Assembly: GCA_045837725.1 (NCBI GenBank)
Contig: JBEWZL010000276.1
Location: 124,001 to 188,000, forward strand
Reading direction: 5' to 3'
Source of the DNA: Vermamoeba vermiformis
Lineage: Eukaryota
Length of the DNA stretch: 64,000 nucleotides
Shown: piece after piece, positions 40,801 to 53,488 of the stretch
Position numbering within the stretch: position 1 is the stretch's first letter
Layout of the letters: every line of letters starts with the position of its first letter
Position numbers and translations under genes: made by a program
The notes under the pieces: model-generated
The model's database searches: none
What the model was told of the DNA's origin: nothing
What the model saw: only the letters and a program-made list of their open reading frames with translations

Positions 40801-42398
40801 ATATTGTCCTTGTAAAGGGTGGCGTGTATTGCGGCAAGAGGCACTGTTGTTAAGCTGTTTTCATTGATGTCGAACAAATGAATGGTAAGCGTGGCCAGGC
40901 CCTGTGTCACGCTCATAAAGGCCACTAAATCTCCAAAAGCTACGGCAGCTTGGACTGTGTTAATGGGCAAGTCTATGGTGTCCACGCTCTGACTATCAAA
41001 GTCGTATAAAAAAACTGAAACTTGTCCAATGAACTGCGATACATAGGCAAGCTTGTGATCCATTAGAACGTAAATAGGATACTGGCTACGAAATCTGTCT
41101 CCAGCTGCTGGATGCACTGTCAAACTTCTCGAGTTGAAGTCGTACGTGGTGATGCTTGGCTCTTGAAAGAAGAATATAACGTCGCGCGATATGAAAGTGG
41201 CACGTGTCGAGAGTGTCAGAAGCGGCGTAAGTGTATAGCGTGTGTTGAACACGGAAAATTGTCCGTTGTCAAGTCTCGCGAATATCATTCCATTTGCAGC
41301 AGCTGACATGTCAAAATGGGTATTCTGCGGCAAGTTATGCTGTATTTCCAATTCCAAGAACGGATCAATGATGGTGTAACCTGAGCCAATCCGATAAATC
41401 TTCTGATTTATAACGACTGTCGCTGTCGCACTGCGCGCTCTACTTTGTCGATACATGTAGGTGATGGTATTGCCGGTTGTCGTTGAATAAAGAATGGCTC
41501 GCCTTGGTCCAAGAAAATAAACAAATCCATCCGAATAAATGACTTGAAGTGTTGCAGCCACGTTCATGACAACCACATCCGATATTGTCAGGGTCTCCAA
41601 GTCAACAATATAGATCATATCGCCAGTTCTTGTAATTAAAAATGCGTGAGTTTCGTTGGTCGCTCCTACATAATATGGATTTATGGATCTTGTTTCTAGT
41701 GGTGTAAACTCCAACGTTGTTAAATCAAGTATTAACGGTGGTACTATTGGTGTAGTTTCGTGAGCATTTCCAAATATGATCGCCTTGGACTGTCCCATAA
41801 TGACTCTATTATATCGATATTGTTCAGGGATTAGAGTGCTTGTCAAGCTGTCACTGTTCAGATCGTAGATCTCAATAACTCTACTATCAACATTAGATTC
41901 GCCTATTCCTCCGACAAATATAATTTTTGAGCCATATGAGTCAGCTGAAATACGCCTTCGTGGTTGAGTGAGGTTGAAGTGGGTCCATTCGTGCGTGGAG
42001 GTGTCAAACACAGCCACCTCAGAAGAGAGTTTGTTGTTGCCATCTATTCCACCAGCGAAGAATACTTTATCTCCTGCTGCGACCAGTGTTATCTCTCTTC
42101 TTTGATTTGGTAATGAAAAGGGTAAAAAGCAACCTAAAAATTACCAGATGAGCCAATCCGATCGCAATAATTAGCAATCGCTGATACAAATTTACTATGC
42201 TTTAAATAATAATTTGCAAAAAACCAGGGTCACAAAATTATCGAATCCGATTTTTTGTTTGGATCTGCTTACCACTCGACAAAGGCAACAATAATAAACA
42301 TGCCACGACGTATATTATTATAGTGTCGCCTAAAATTATATTATAATTAGTAAAACCCAAGCTCCAGCTTAACTTAACGCCGTCACTGTACCTGTCAT
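37880..42398 (-). CDS. Receptor kinase 3 (Kelch/Ig/TM/TKL), tandem paralog of kinase 2
   Basis: Signal MTGDTIIIYVVACLLLLPLSSG from two small exons; same intron positions as kinases 1 and 2; kinase nearly identical to 33118-33858. Confidence 0.9.
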
Positions 42399-42541
42399 AC
42401 TGCAGCTTTGTCTTTTATCAATAATAGTATGTCTCGCATATGTACGACATCTAATACGGTTGCTTTGGTGTTGTAGAAATCTTAATAAAAATGATTTGTA
42501 TTTTTTTGGTCTAATTTTTTCCTTCCCAGTGCCAGTACTAT

Positions 42542-45500
42542 TTATTTGCTTTCCTCTTTTGGTTTGGCAACGATATTATCATTTGCTGTAGTTGCAGCCT
42601 TTTCGTCATTTTGCGCCAGTTGAGCCAAATTGACGTGCGCCAAAAGATTAGCCGACGTGCTCTGATGGTGATGATAAGCCGCATCGTTCATCGAAGGAAT
42701 AGGTGCTTTGTCAGGGTGCACCGTTTTCAAATGGAAACTGAACGGTCTGTACGAGGCATCATCTTGCGGTCGAGATCTGCATCGAGATTCAGTTAGCAGC
42801 TGCTAATTGCACTTACTTTAGCCCAAGTGACTTACCTCATCAAATCGACGACGGGGATAAGATGTTCCCATCGTTGTTTCTTGGGCACACGACGCTTGAA
42901 GTCCATATTGGGAATCAGATCTGCGAATGGAATAAACTCGAAATCACCTCCGTTGATGCCAATTGCGCCAAACAACTCTTTGCCCGACTTGAAATATTCG
43001 TCCATTTTATCGACGGCGTATTGGGCAAACTCAGCGCCACGAAGGCGGTCCATTGGCGAAGGCGAATAGCCCTAGTTAATGTTAGTACGCACGAGATCTG
43101 TGAATTACACGCACCTGTTGCAAGTGACCAAGGATAGTGTGACGCACGTCAAAGAATCCTTTGCCCTCCTCGGTAAAGATCTTCGACAAGATGTCAGTTG
43201 TGTAAGTCTCGCTCGCCCTCTCGCTGTTAATGACCAAGCTCGTCGTCTTGCACATTTTGAATCTCTTTTTCATGCGGTCGACGTCATCAGCCAATTGTCG
43301 TAGAGTAATGCCGTGTTCAGGAGTGTAACATAACTGTGCACCACCAGCGATGGAGCCACAAATGCCCAAATAGCCGCAGTTGCCACCCATGACTTCCATA
43401 ATGAACACACGAGCACGCGATGCCACTGCACTCAGCTTGACTTTATCGGCACTCTAGTGATAGTGGTTAGCACTGTGTTGATATAAAATGATAAGGCTTA
43501 CTTCGACAATGCAGTTCAACGCTGTGTCAGATCCGATGGACACGTCAGTTCCCGGCACGTTGTTGCTGACAGTAGCAGGAACGCAAATGATGGGAATGTT
43601 GAATTCAGGGTACTTCTCTTTGTTCTTGTGAAGGGCAATGGCTGCAGCATAACCTTCCCAACCACCGATAAGCAGCATTCCCTAGCAAAGTTATTAGCCA
43701 ACCAAGAATGTATATCTTCCGGCTTACCTTTATCTCGTACTGCTTGAAGCACTTGGCAATCTTTTCGAACTCTTCGTCTGTACTTGGAATAGTTCTGTTT
43801 GTACCTAACAAAGAGCCTCCAATGTTTGACCAGCTATTCAAAGAGTTGGAGATCAGATTTAGTGCACGTGCTAACTTTGCAACTTACCCGTTCACGCTGA
43901 GCCATTGAAGCTCTTCAGGCGCGTCACCTCCATCGAGGATATCCTTAATTCCGTTGTAGAGAGCCATAGGTCGGTAACCCTTGTTGATCAGCATTCTCGT
44001 AGCACAACGAACGGCGCTGTTCATGCCGGGCGCAGGAGCTCCAATGTGGGTGATAGCAATTGCAGGTTTCTAAACAATTAGCTCTTTATAGTATAATAAG
44101 AGTGGCTTACCTTGACAGAATCGGGTAAAATGACCGGAGCAGATCGCGTCAAAACAAAAAGCGTCTTCAAAGCGTTGTTAAATACTGGACCTCGTAGCTG
44201 CATAGCCTTCTCGTATTCTCCGTCGCGAATTGCCTGGCCAACAGATTGAGTCTACATAACAAACCGTTAGCTCCATCCGGAAGATCTTTGCCGATCCGCA
44301 AAATAAGTTCAAGCTCCACAGCTGGCAGGCAAAATAGCCCTCGATGGAGGTTAAAATAGAAGGGATAAAAGCAAAAAAGAGAAAGAGCACAACACCTCCG
44401 ATTCCCAGGTAGTCTCCTACCCCAGTACTAAGAAGGCCTGAACAAGCTTAACTTCGCTGATCGGACGGGAAGCGGTGCATTCTTGTTAGTGTGGTCGTGC
44501 CCGAGTGCCAACGCAATTTCAAACGAAGGTCACTACTTGCGACCATTGGACTGCTCTTACCATTTTTACGGCCTCCATCAGGTTGGATCGCACGACCTTG
44601 GATCCGCGAATACCAATCAACGTGTGTTGGAAGCCTGGTTTAGCGTCCAATATGGCTTCTACTGCCTCCATACCCATTTGAGTACTCTACGCGCCTCATT
44701 AATACTTGACCACTATTAAGCCTATTATTACGTACCAACAGTCTGTCGTAGAAACATGGAGTTCCACCGCGCTGGATGTGACCCAAAATTGTGACACGTG
44801 CTTCCATCTTCAAATCTCCTTCAATAACGTCCTTCACTTCATTGGCTGTGATGATCTTTCCTTTCGTGTCGCGTGCTCCTTCAGCAATAATAATGACACT
44901 CATTCGCTTGCCGCGGTCACGGCCCTTCTGAACTGATTTGCACATCTTTTCTTTCCATGTCTCGTCGTTAGGGAACTCGGGCACGAGAACATAATCACTG
45001 CCTGTGGCCAAACAAGCTGCGATAGCCTTAGATCCAGTCAGTCAAACACGCGTACTAACGCATGCATAAAACTACTCACCAAATAACCACAATCGCGGCC
45101 CATAACTTCAACGACGAATGTGCGTTGATGTGATGCAGCAGTAGTCATCAATGAGTCAATGCACTCGATAATTCGATGCAAGGCTGACGCTGCACCGATC
45201 GTCATATCTGTGCCCCACATGTCATTGTCAATTGAGCCAACCATACCAACTACATAGAAATTCTTTTGGTGTTCCTGCAAATATTACGAGCGTCAATTTC
45301 GTTTCGTCAATTACGCTGTGCGGATCGCACCAAGAAATATCGCTTAAAACCACTCATTAATTTTAAACATTAGGGCTCCTTCAGCTCTATGTTTAGTCTG
45401 CTTATTGTATTGTATATTGATACTTACGTAGGAATATTTGGAAATTTTTCCTTCTTTGTACAATTCTTCGACGTACTCGGGCCATTCTCGACTCAAAATA

Positions 45501-46085
45501 TCCGCGCCAGTCAAGCTGCCGTCACCACCAATGCACACTAAGCGGTCAATGCCAATTTCGAGTAAATTTTGTGCTGCTTTTTTGCGTCCTTCTCGTGTTC
45601 TAAATTCAGGACAGCGAGACGTGCCAATCATCGTGCCTCCCTGAAGAAAATTTTTCAATTTGAGTTCCAGCCCAAGGACTATATTTGGCAAATTTGTAAT
45701 GTCTAACACTCACTTTTTCTAAAAAGCCCGAGACATCGTCCCACATAAGCCGTCTAATGAAAGATCCACCGGATACCATGCCATTGTACCCTTCAAAAAT
45801 TGCGTACGGCTCAGCGCCTTGAAATATTATTAGTACATATAATATTGGCAATATAGCGAAATAGGTGTCGATTATTATTTTATTTTACGAATATTTTCAA
45901 AAATTTTCGTTGGACTGGTCTTCAATCGCTTAGATACGACGTGCAAACGTACCTGACAATATTCCTCGACGAACGATAGCACGGACTGCTGCATTCATGC
46001 CAGAGCAATCGCCTCCGCTCGTCATAAAGCAAAACCGGATGGGTGGCTTCACCGACCCATCAGTGGCTTGTTGTTGCTGTGCCAT
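42542..46085 (-). CDS. PFK: ATP-dependent 6-phosphofructokinase (eukaryotic duplicated type)
   Basis: [71 protein letters not shown]; regulatory half [29 protein letters not shown]. Confidence 0.96.
44384..44502 (-). rRNA. 5S rRNA gene nested in PFK intron 44252-44560
   Basis: Minus strand GGGCACGACCACACTAACAAGAATGCACCGCTTCCCGTCCGATCAGCGAAGTTAAGCTTGTTCAGGCCTTCTTAGTACTGGGGTAGGAGACTACCTGGGAATCGGAGGTGTTGTGCTCT; all five helices pair; AGTTAAGC box A, TTAGTA loop E, T6 terminator downstream. Confidence 0.95.
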
Positions 46086-46269
46086 CGTAAAGATATATGA
46101 GTACTCTACAATGTGTTAATAAATTTTAAATGATAATTGCCGGTCTCAAAATTAATTTTACCGTTAGAAGTCGCGGCTTAACTGGATCGTGACTTAATTG
46201 TTGGTAACGTGAAAAAACGAGTTTTGTGGTACTTGTGTGTATAATAAGAAGTAGTGAACCACATATAAA

Positions 46270-47938
46270 ATGGTATTTATCGTAGAATAATTAATATGGA
46301 CGCATTGCATAATTGTCGAAGATAATCTATGTGGATTTTAGAGATTCGACCGTTTTAGTCAATAATCTGTGCAACGATTAATTAGATTGTATTATAGATT
46401 CGCCCTCTCTTATTAAAAGGTCACGAGAAGTCGATCACTCAAATCGCTTACAACCGCGAAGGAGATTTGCTGTTCTCAGCTAGTAGAGCCGAGTTTATCA
46501 CCGTATGGTGGGCTGACAATGGTGAACGTATTGGTACTTATCACGGTCACAATGGTGCTGTTTGGTTCCTTGATGTTTCTCGTATCCTTTTATTCCAACC
46601 ATTTTATTAGATCGAAAAATTACAATAATTATTATATTTTTTCCTTGACCTTCTAAAATTACAGAGGATTCAAAGAGACTGTTGACTTGCTCAGCAGATA
46701 GCAGTGCTAAAATTTGGAACGTTGAAAATGGCAGAGAACTTGCTCACTTCCCTCACCGGTAAGATCCGATCTGAAAATTTTCTCTGCTCGTTATAATTCA
46801 CCAATGTCTCGATGCTTATTTTCGAATATATAGATACCCTGTAAGAAGCTGCGGTTGGGGTCATGGAGCAAAAATGTTTTTGACAGCGACAGATCAAGTC
46901 ATGGGTGCTACTCCCGTGATCAGTCTTTTCAAAGTTGCTGATGATCCTCGAGATCGTAAGTATTATTTTATATAATTATTTTAGTAAGATCAACGTGTAT
47001 TAATGCGGCACTTAAAGAAAACGACACTCCCATCCGCGAAATTCCTGGCCCTGGTTTGCACAAGATCTACCACGCTGTTTTTGGCCCTAACAACGAGACT
47101 ATTTATACTTGCAATGAAGACGGTACTATCAGAGTTTACGACACTGAGGTAAGGCTTATTTTTCGTAAACTGGATCCGCTCGTTCGATAAAATTTCCTCG
47201 TTTGCATTTTTACTAACAAATTGATAATACATAGACCGGCAAACAAACCAACGTTGTTACCGTGCACAAGAAGGCTGTGAACAGAATGCAATTCGACAAA
47301 TACCAATTAACTTTCATTACCGCTAGCAGAGACGGTACTGCTCGTTTGTTTGACACTAAGAGCTTGCAAAATTTGAAGACTTACGACGCTGGTCGACCTG
47401 TCAATGCTGCTAGCATGTCATCGATTAAGGACCACGTAAGTACCTCACTTTGACACGCAGCCTAATCATTCATAATTCACTGAACAAATCGGCGTACCTC
47501 AATAATTATCAACACTGCCGCCAATAATATTATTATGCTATACGATATTGTTAATTATATTAGTTATTGAGTGACGATATCGTAAAGTTGCGAGTGCGCG
47601 TGGATCTGGTTCTAACGAAATTTTGTTTGCAGATTATTCTTGGAGGAGGAGAAGCAGCTATTAATGTAACCTTGACCAAGTTGGACACCACTCAATTCAA
47701 GACTCGATTCTTCCACAAGATCTACGAAACTGAATTGGGTTCATTGATGGGTCACTTCGGTCCTGTCAACGCTTTGACATTCAGTCCTGACGGCAAGGGC
47801 TTTGCTTCAGGAGGAGAAGACGGTTACGTCAGATTGCACCACTTTGACCAGAGCTACTACGAGCCTGATGACGACGAGACTTGGAGCCCTGCTCGCGAGA
47901 TGAACTTTGGTACCACCATTAACAATAAGGACGCTTAA
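46270..47938 (+). CDS. EIF3I: Translation initiation factor eIF3 subunit I (WD40)
   Basis: [83 protein letters not shown]. Confidence 0.96.
46582..46664 (+). other. U12-type (minor) GT-AG intron in eIF3i
   Basis: 5' GTATCCTTTT, branch TTCCTTGAC at 46641-46649, 3' ACAG; splicing gives [20 protein letters not shown]. Confidence 0.92.
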
Positions 47939-48190
47939 GACCTTCCTTATTAATTGAAAAGAAAACGAGCGGTAATTTTTTGAGGTTATTTTGCCGCTTG
48001 TTTTCGAAATAGTATGAAGATCTAAAACCTTAATGAGCGATTTTGTTGGACTAAAATTAATATAAATAAAATTCCATGCGATTAAAAATGACTACTAGAG
48101 GTTAAATATTAAACAGATTTTTTCTATTTTATTTTACACGTTCGCTCTTGAATTTTTTTTTCTCGATCCAGTTGGCACTTTGCACGGGTC

Positions 48191-49489
48191 TTAATTATAA
48201 CCCAATAAATAATACATTGCAACTGATCCGAAGAATACAGTTACGTTGTCCCATTCTTTGATGGGCAAGGATTCAATGAATGTAGCGACAGCTGTCACGA
48301 TCACTAGACTGAACACAAAGTGCGTGGGCACAACGACCAGAGATCCGTTCGAGACAAAGTACCACACAAAGAGGATGGAGCCAATTATAGAGAATACGAA
48401 GAACGTTATTGTGCCCAGCCATGTCTTAGACTGTTTCAAACAAAGGGTTAGAATTGGGTTCATGATCGGATCCGAACAAAAAGCTGGATCTAGCAGGGTT
48501 TAATGGCAATGAATTGCTCCTAATATTTATAAATATAACGGCGAGTTCTATGAATAAATATCAATTCAAAAGAAAGCTCTGGACTTACCTTGTTATGAGG
48601 CAATTTAGCGACGCCGTATCTTTGACCAATCAAACCTAATTGAGCGATGAACGGTTAATAATAGATCCATAATATTGGTTAGAATATTCTATACTATCGT
48701 ACCTGCAAAACCATCGCCAATGCAAAGTAAAATCAACGCTGTTATTCCGACCACAGATTTTTTCCAATACCAAATCGCGCTGCACGAAGAATTCAGTATA
48801 AATATTGTATTAAATAATAGTTATATTGAATATACCTAATGACGTGAATAACACCGTAAGAGAACGGCCCATACAAAAGTTCGCGAGGCGATCCACTTCT
48901 GCTCATCGAGCGAACGGCATCATCGTCCTACAATATTGTAATATGAATCAATTACTGTTCATAAATGATTTAATTACGAATTAAATCGAATAAAGAGCTT
49001 TGACTCTTGCGCTAACAGTAACTTTGGCTTACCTCAATAATACCGAGACCAATCAAGCCGAATTTAATAGTAATAACACCTGTACATTTATTATTAATTT
49101 CTTTGCTGTAATTCGAAGCGCATCTAACGAAGACTTACCGGGAACCAAAGCAGCGAACAAAGTCGACCGCAAATCGTCTTCGAACATTGGCCAGCAAAGC
49201 ATAAATATTGGTCCTGTAAATATATGCACCTGTATAATTAACGATCAATAGACTGTGGATAAAATTAAGGACCAAGATCCCAACAAATTACAAAAAAATT
49301 CCTCGTGCGTAATTATGTTCAATATAAGTATATTATATTTTTCTAAGTAATATATGTTACGGATATAATATTTACCCATTTTCTTGACGTTTTGGATGAG
49401 CAAATATTTTTTGCTGCGAGCAGTTCAGTTAACTTCAGCCAAGAGACGCATATCACTAAAGTGATCGAAGTGGCTAGTGCTGGGTGCAT
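48191..49489 (-). CDS. Phytol/farnesol (polyprenol) kinase, CTP-transferase family
   Basis: SRKWVHIFTGPIFMLCWPMF, RSMSRSGSPRELLYGPFSYG, LCIGDGFAG, KTWLG, ESLPIKEWDNVTV; multi-exon, membrane protein. Confidence 0.85.
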
Positions 49490-49717
49490 TGTGCTACCGT
49501 TTTCAAAATAAATTAATTAATTCAGTATCGCCGATATTCAAAAAAAGCCTCGGAACAAAAGCCACTCCCGTAAATTAAATCTCCGCTGTTGCTCCATTTG
49601 TTCCACTACCGGAGATTAACAATATTATTTATTTGTATATATTTGATTACATCCGTACGCATAAGATCGAGAATCAGATATTGCTAGAATCATAGATCGA
49701 ATTTTCAATATTGAATC

Positions 49718-51231
49718 ATGAGTGTCCCGAAACTAGCAGCCACCGTATTATTATGCAAGCCAATTAAAAATCACGCGAGTAAATATTCTGATTACAAAAT
49801 ATTAATGGTAGGATTCAACTTCCCTGCAGCTGTCACAAACATAAAAAGATTACAACCGCAGAAAATATTGCGTTATTCACATTTACTTGATAATATTGAT
49901 CCATAATGACCATATTTAATAGTAACGTAATTATTTGATTTTTTAACGCTAGTATTTGATTGCAGGTCAAGAGATCGATGAAAAGTCGCTTTCTACCAGG
50001 TAAATCCTTTCAATTTGTATTGTAGTATTATTTATTACATACTTCATATTAATAGGAGCCCATGTCTTTCCTGGAGGCATTTTGGAAGAAGGTGACTCAG
50101 ATCCTGCCTGGCAAAGCGTTTGTGGCAAAGAATCATCGTCAGTTAAAGACGTAAGAGCTTAATAATACATAATATATGAATTATTATGGCTTAAATATGT
50201 ATTCTTTCGCAGCTAAATCTTCGTTTGGGCGGCATCCGCGAGTTGTACGAAGAGACAAACTTGTTATTGACGAATCCTCGAGTTAAGCCAGCATCAGAAT
50301 GGAGGTTAGTATTATTTGAATATTATCATTCTATATTGGTACTCGACGCTAATCGTGTACCAGATCCAAGGTTAATAAAGACGCGAAGGAGTTTATTTCA
50401 TTAATGCGCGAGCATAAAACAGTTCCTGAGGTATGAATATGATAAATATTATAATACGTTACTAATATACAAGCAGGTTACTAAATTACATCACTGGGCT
50501 CGTTGGATAACGCCGATCTGGCGTTACGACACGCACTTCTATATTGCTGTAGATGACGTTGAAGAAGGCGAACGTGATCACGTGCACCAAGATAGTACGA
50601 GGACCATATTGATGTCCTATAAGTCCATCAACTAACGGATCGGTTTAGATGTGGAAACGGTGTCTTTTGATTGGTTCCATCCGCAAGAAGTGATTGAAAA
50701 ATGGAACGAAAAAACAGTTTCTATTGCACCACCGACATGGTAAGGCTATCCCCATAGTACTATCAATGAATCTCATGCGTTGTTCAGGTTCATTTTGATG
50801 GAGATCTGTCAGTACAAAACACTCAAAGAACTCGTGGCTGCTGCACCAAAGAGAGATCTAAGGTATTTTAATATTTAATAGAGAAGTACTCATATATAGA
50901 GACCACTTAGAAAGTAACGTACTGATTTTTTATGTCGCAGACCGGTGCAACCTTATTTGACTTCCCAAGACGGATGCTTGTCTGTTTGCATGCCTGGCGA
51001 TGCCAATCATCCCGACTCTTCCAATTTAGGTAATTTTCACTGAAAACATGTGTATCTTTGTCTTCACTCCCAAAAGCATCAAACTTACCGCTTAATGTAG
51101 GTCCTCAGGCACGCAATAGAATAGTAGTAGGTCCTGGTGGCTTCACCTTTGAATGTACCATGTCAGATCCAGCACGCACTTATCCAGTGCTGCCGTCGAG
51201 TGTGCTCAAAACATACACATCCAAGTTGTAA
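49718..51231 (+). CDS. Nudix hydrolase, NUDT19-like acyl-CoA diphosphatase, peroxisomal
   Basis: AATVLL, FLPGAHVFPGG, GGIRELYEETNLLL, WARWITP..RYDTHFY, IAPPTWF; ends SKL* (PTS1). Confidence 0.85.
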
Positions 51232-51279
51232 ATAAAACAAAATTGTTTATTTAAGAACAACTAGCATAAATCCATCAAT

Positions 51280-53362
51280 CTAGTTGAAAGTCTTGGCATA
51301 TTCTCGTTCATACGGCGCTGTGTTATCGAGCAAATTTTTCACGGCAGTGTTGAACTTTCGTCGCACGATCTTGACGGCAGGAATGGTTGATTCGGCATCG
51401 GGATAGCATCTAAATTGCGATATTAGATTAGTTTAATACTTATATAATAATAAGGCAACGTGCCTGTTGGTCAACAAGACGGTGAAAATCTTTCTGTCAG
51501 GGTCGCAGCAGATCTCAGTTCCGGTGTATCTAAAGGGGTCCGTTAGCGATAAAATTAGCATTTGAAGGATATATCGTATTGTACCCGGTGTGGTAGAATG
51601 TTTTTGGTGATAATTCACCGCAGCCCATGTAAGTGTCAGCCTTGGGATCATTGACTAACCAGCCGAGAGCACGAGGTCCTTGCGTCAAGTTCACAGGCCT
51701 GAAAACGAGTTAGATGAGTTCTATATTATTGCAATGGCTTACTTAATGAAGAGGTCGACAGTGGTTCGGTTGACATAGCTGTCTTGAGGCGAGGCAAAGA
51801 GTAATTGATGCGCGAGAGTAGCAGTGTCGGGCAAGTTCGAGAACAAACCAGCATGACCTATAGGAGTTAACATTTGCCTCAAACTATAGAAGATCGCACG
51901 TACCTGCAATACCACCCAAAGCATAGGCATTTCCGTCACTGACAGTACCCTTTGTTCACGTGGATTAGTGACTGACACGTGTCAAATTGATGTCAGTGTA
52001 TCGTACCTGAATGACGTGTTTCTGATAAGAAGTGTCGTTCCAAGTGGGAGCAATGTGCTTCCAGCGGTACTCAGAAGGCAAAAACAAAGAAGATTGCAAG
52101 TTCAAAGGCTCGAAGACGTACTTGCGCGCATAGGCCTCGTAGTAGCACTGATACAATCTGCTGCGAGTTAATAACCATAAAATAGATATGTATGGTACGT
52201 ACTCAGGAGCGCCAGGTCCCCAAATGTTAGTGCACTCTGGTCTCAAGTCACACACGGTAATACGACCCGTGTCAAGTGCGCGTCTGCCGATGACGTACAT
52301 CATAGTGATCATGCTGCAATAGTCAGCAATAGGTGCTAATGTATTTAAGCCGCCGGGTACTTACCTCAAGTCACTATAGATTTGTTTTGTGCCCGTAGGA
52401 TACTGAAGAGTTTGAGTCATAAGTGATTGGTAGATCTGTTGTTGGCACGTGAATTTTTCAGCTGGCTTGGGCTTGCTAGTCTCAGGGCAGCCGAAAGATT
52501 TCTCCCCTGACCAATAACCAATTAGGCCATAATAACATAATAGAGGAACTAATAAGGTGACGTACAGTAGTTGGGAATTGGATCTGGCGGGAAACCAGCG
52601 CTATGAGCCAACAAATGTCTGATGCGGATCTGATCTTTGCCGTTGTTGGCAAAAGCACTTCCTAATAAGGAAGGATCGCTGACTTTCATATCTAACGAAA
52701 ACAATTAGCCAGAATAACAATAATAATATCATTTGCCATACCGAGATCCAGTTCGCCTCTTTGATAGAATTGCATCGTGGCAGTCGTAGTAACGAACACT
52801 TTAGTCAAACTAGCCATATCATAAAGAGTCTAATAATGTTTGGTGTTGAGTTTAGCTGATCACGGCCGCAGATTCAGCTTACCTGCGTTACGTCAACAGC
52901 AGGATTATGATCGGGTGTTGCTGGAGGGGGAATTCCATACGTAAAATTGCCGAATGCTTTCATATACATCAAACCCTGTTTTATGAATCGTCAAAATGAG
53001 ATCCGATTGTCAACGAACTAATTAGCAATTTTATAGCATGGGCAATAATATTAAAATATTGATTCATGCTATGGAAACAAAATGATAAGGCTGCTTTGTC
53101 GAGTAATAATTTTTGAAATTTTCAATCGAATTTTATCGTGTTGCGAAAATATCTAATCAATAAATCGTTGAACGTAAATATCATTCGCGGTAAAATTTAT
53201 TACCTTGGCATCACCAACAGCAGCAACACAACCAGGGTAGGTGTGATCTTTAATGCCATCCTCAAGTATCTTGTCTACAGCGCTCCAATCAACGGCGCGA
53301 ACATATACACAGCTTGAAGCTAATAAATATATAGATATATAAATACACACGAGTTGTTTCAT
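51280..53362 (-). CDS. Secreted beta-lactamase-family (class C/AmiE-like) serine hydrolase
   Basis: Signal peptide; YPGCVAAV, YDMASLTKV (SxxK), HLLAHSAG, YSDL, GHAGLFS, HTGYTGT, VLLTNR; multi-exon. Confidence 0.88.
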
Positions 53363-53488
53363 CTTTCACGCTGTAAAAAAAGTATTTTTTATTTGTTACG
53401 CTCGCTTCTTCATGATTACAAAGCTCCAGGCTTACTGACTTTATACCTATATACCTAGGTCGTAGTAACCATAACAGTCTTGCTTAAT

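Noticed and set aside
51560-51580. ATATCCTT on minus strand as an AT-AC U12 donor
   Set aside because: Lies inside an ordinary GT-AG intron whose splicing already restores HTGYTG
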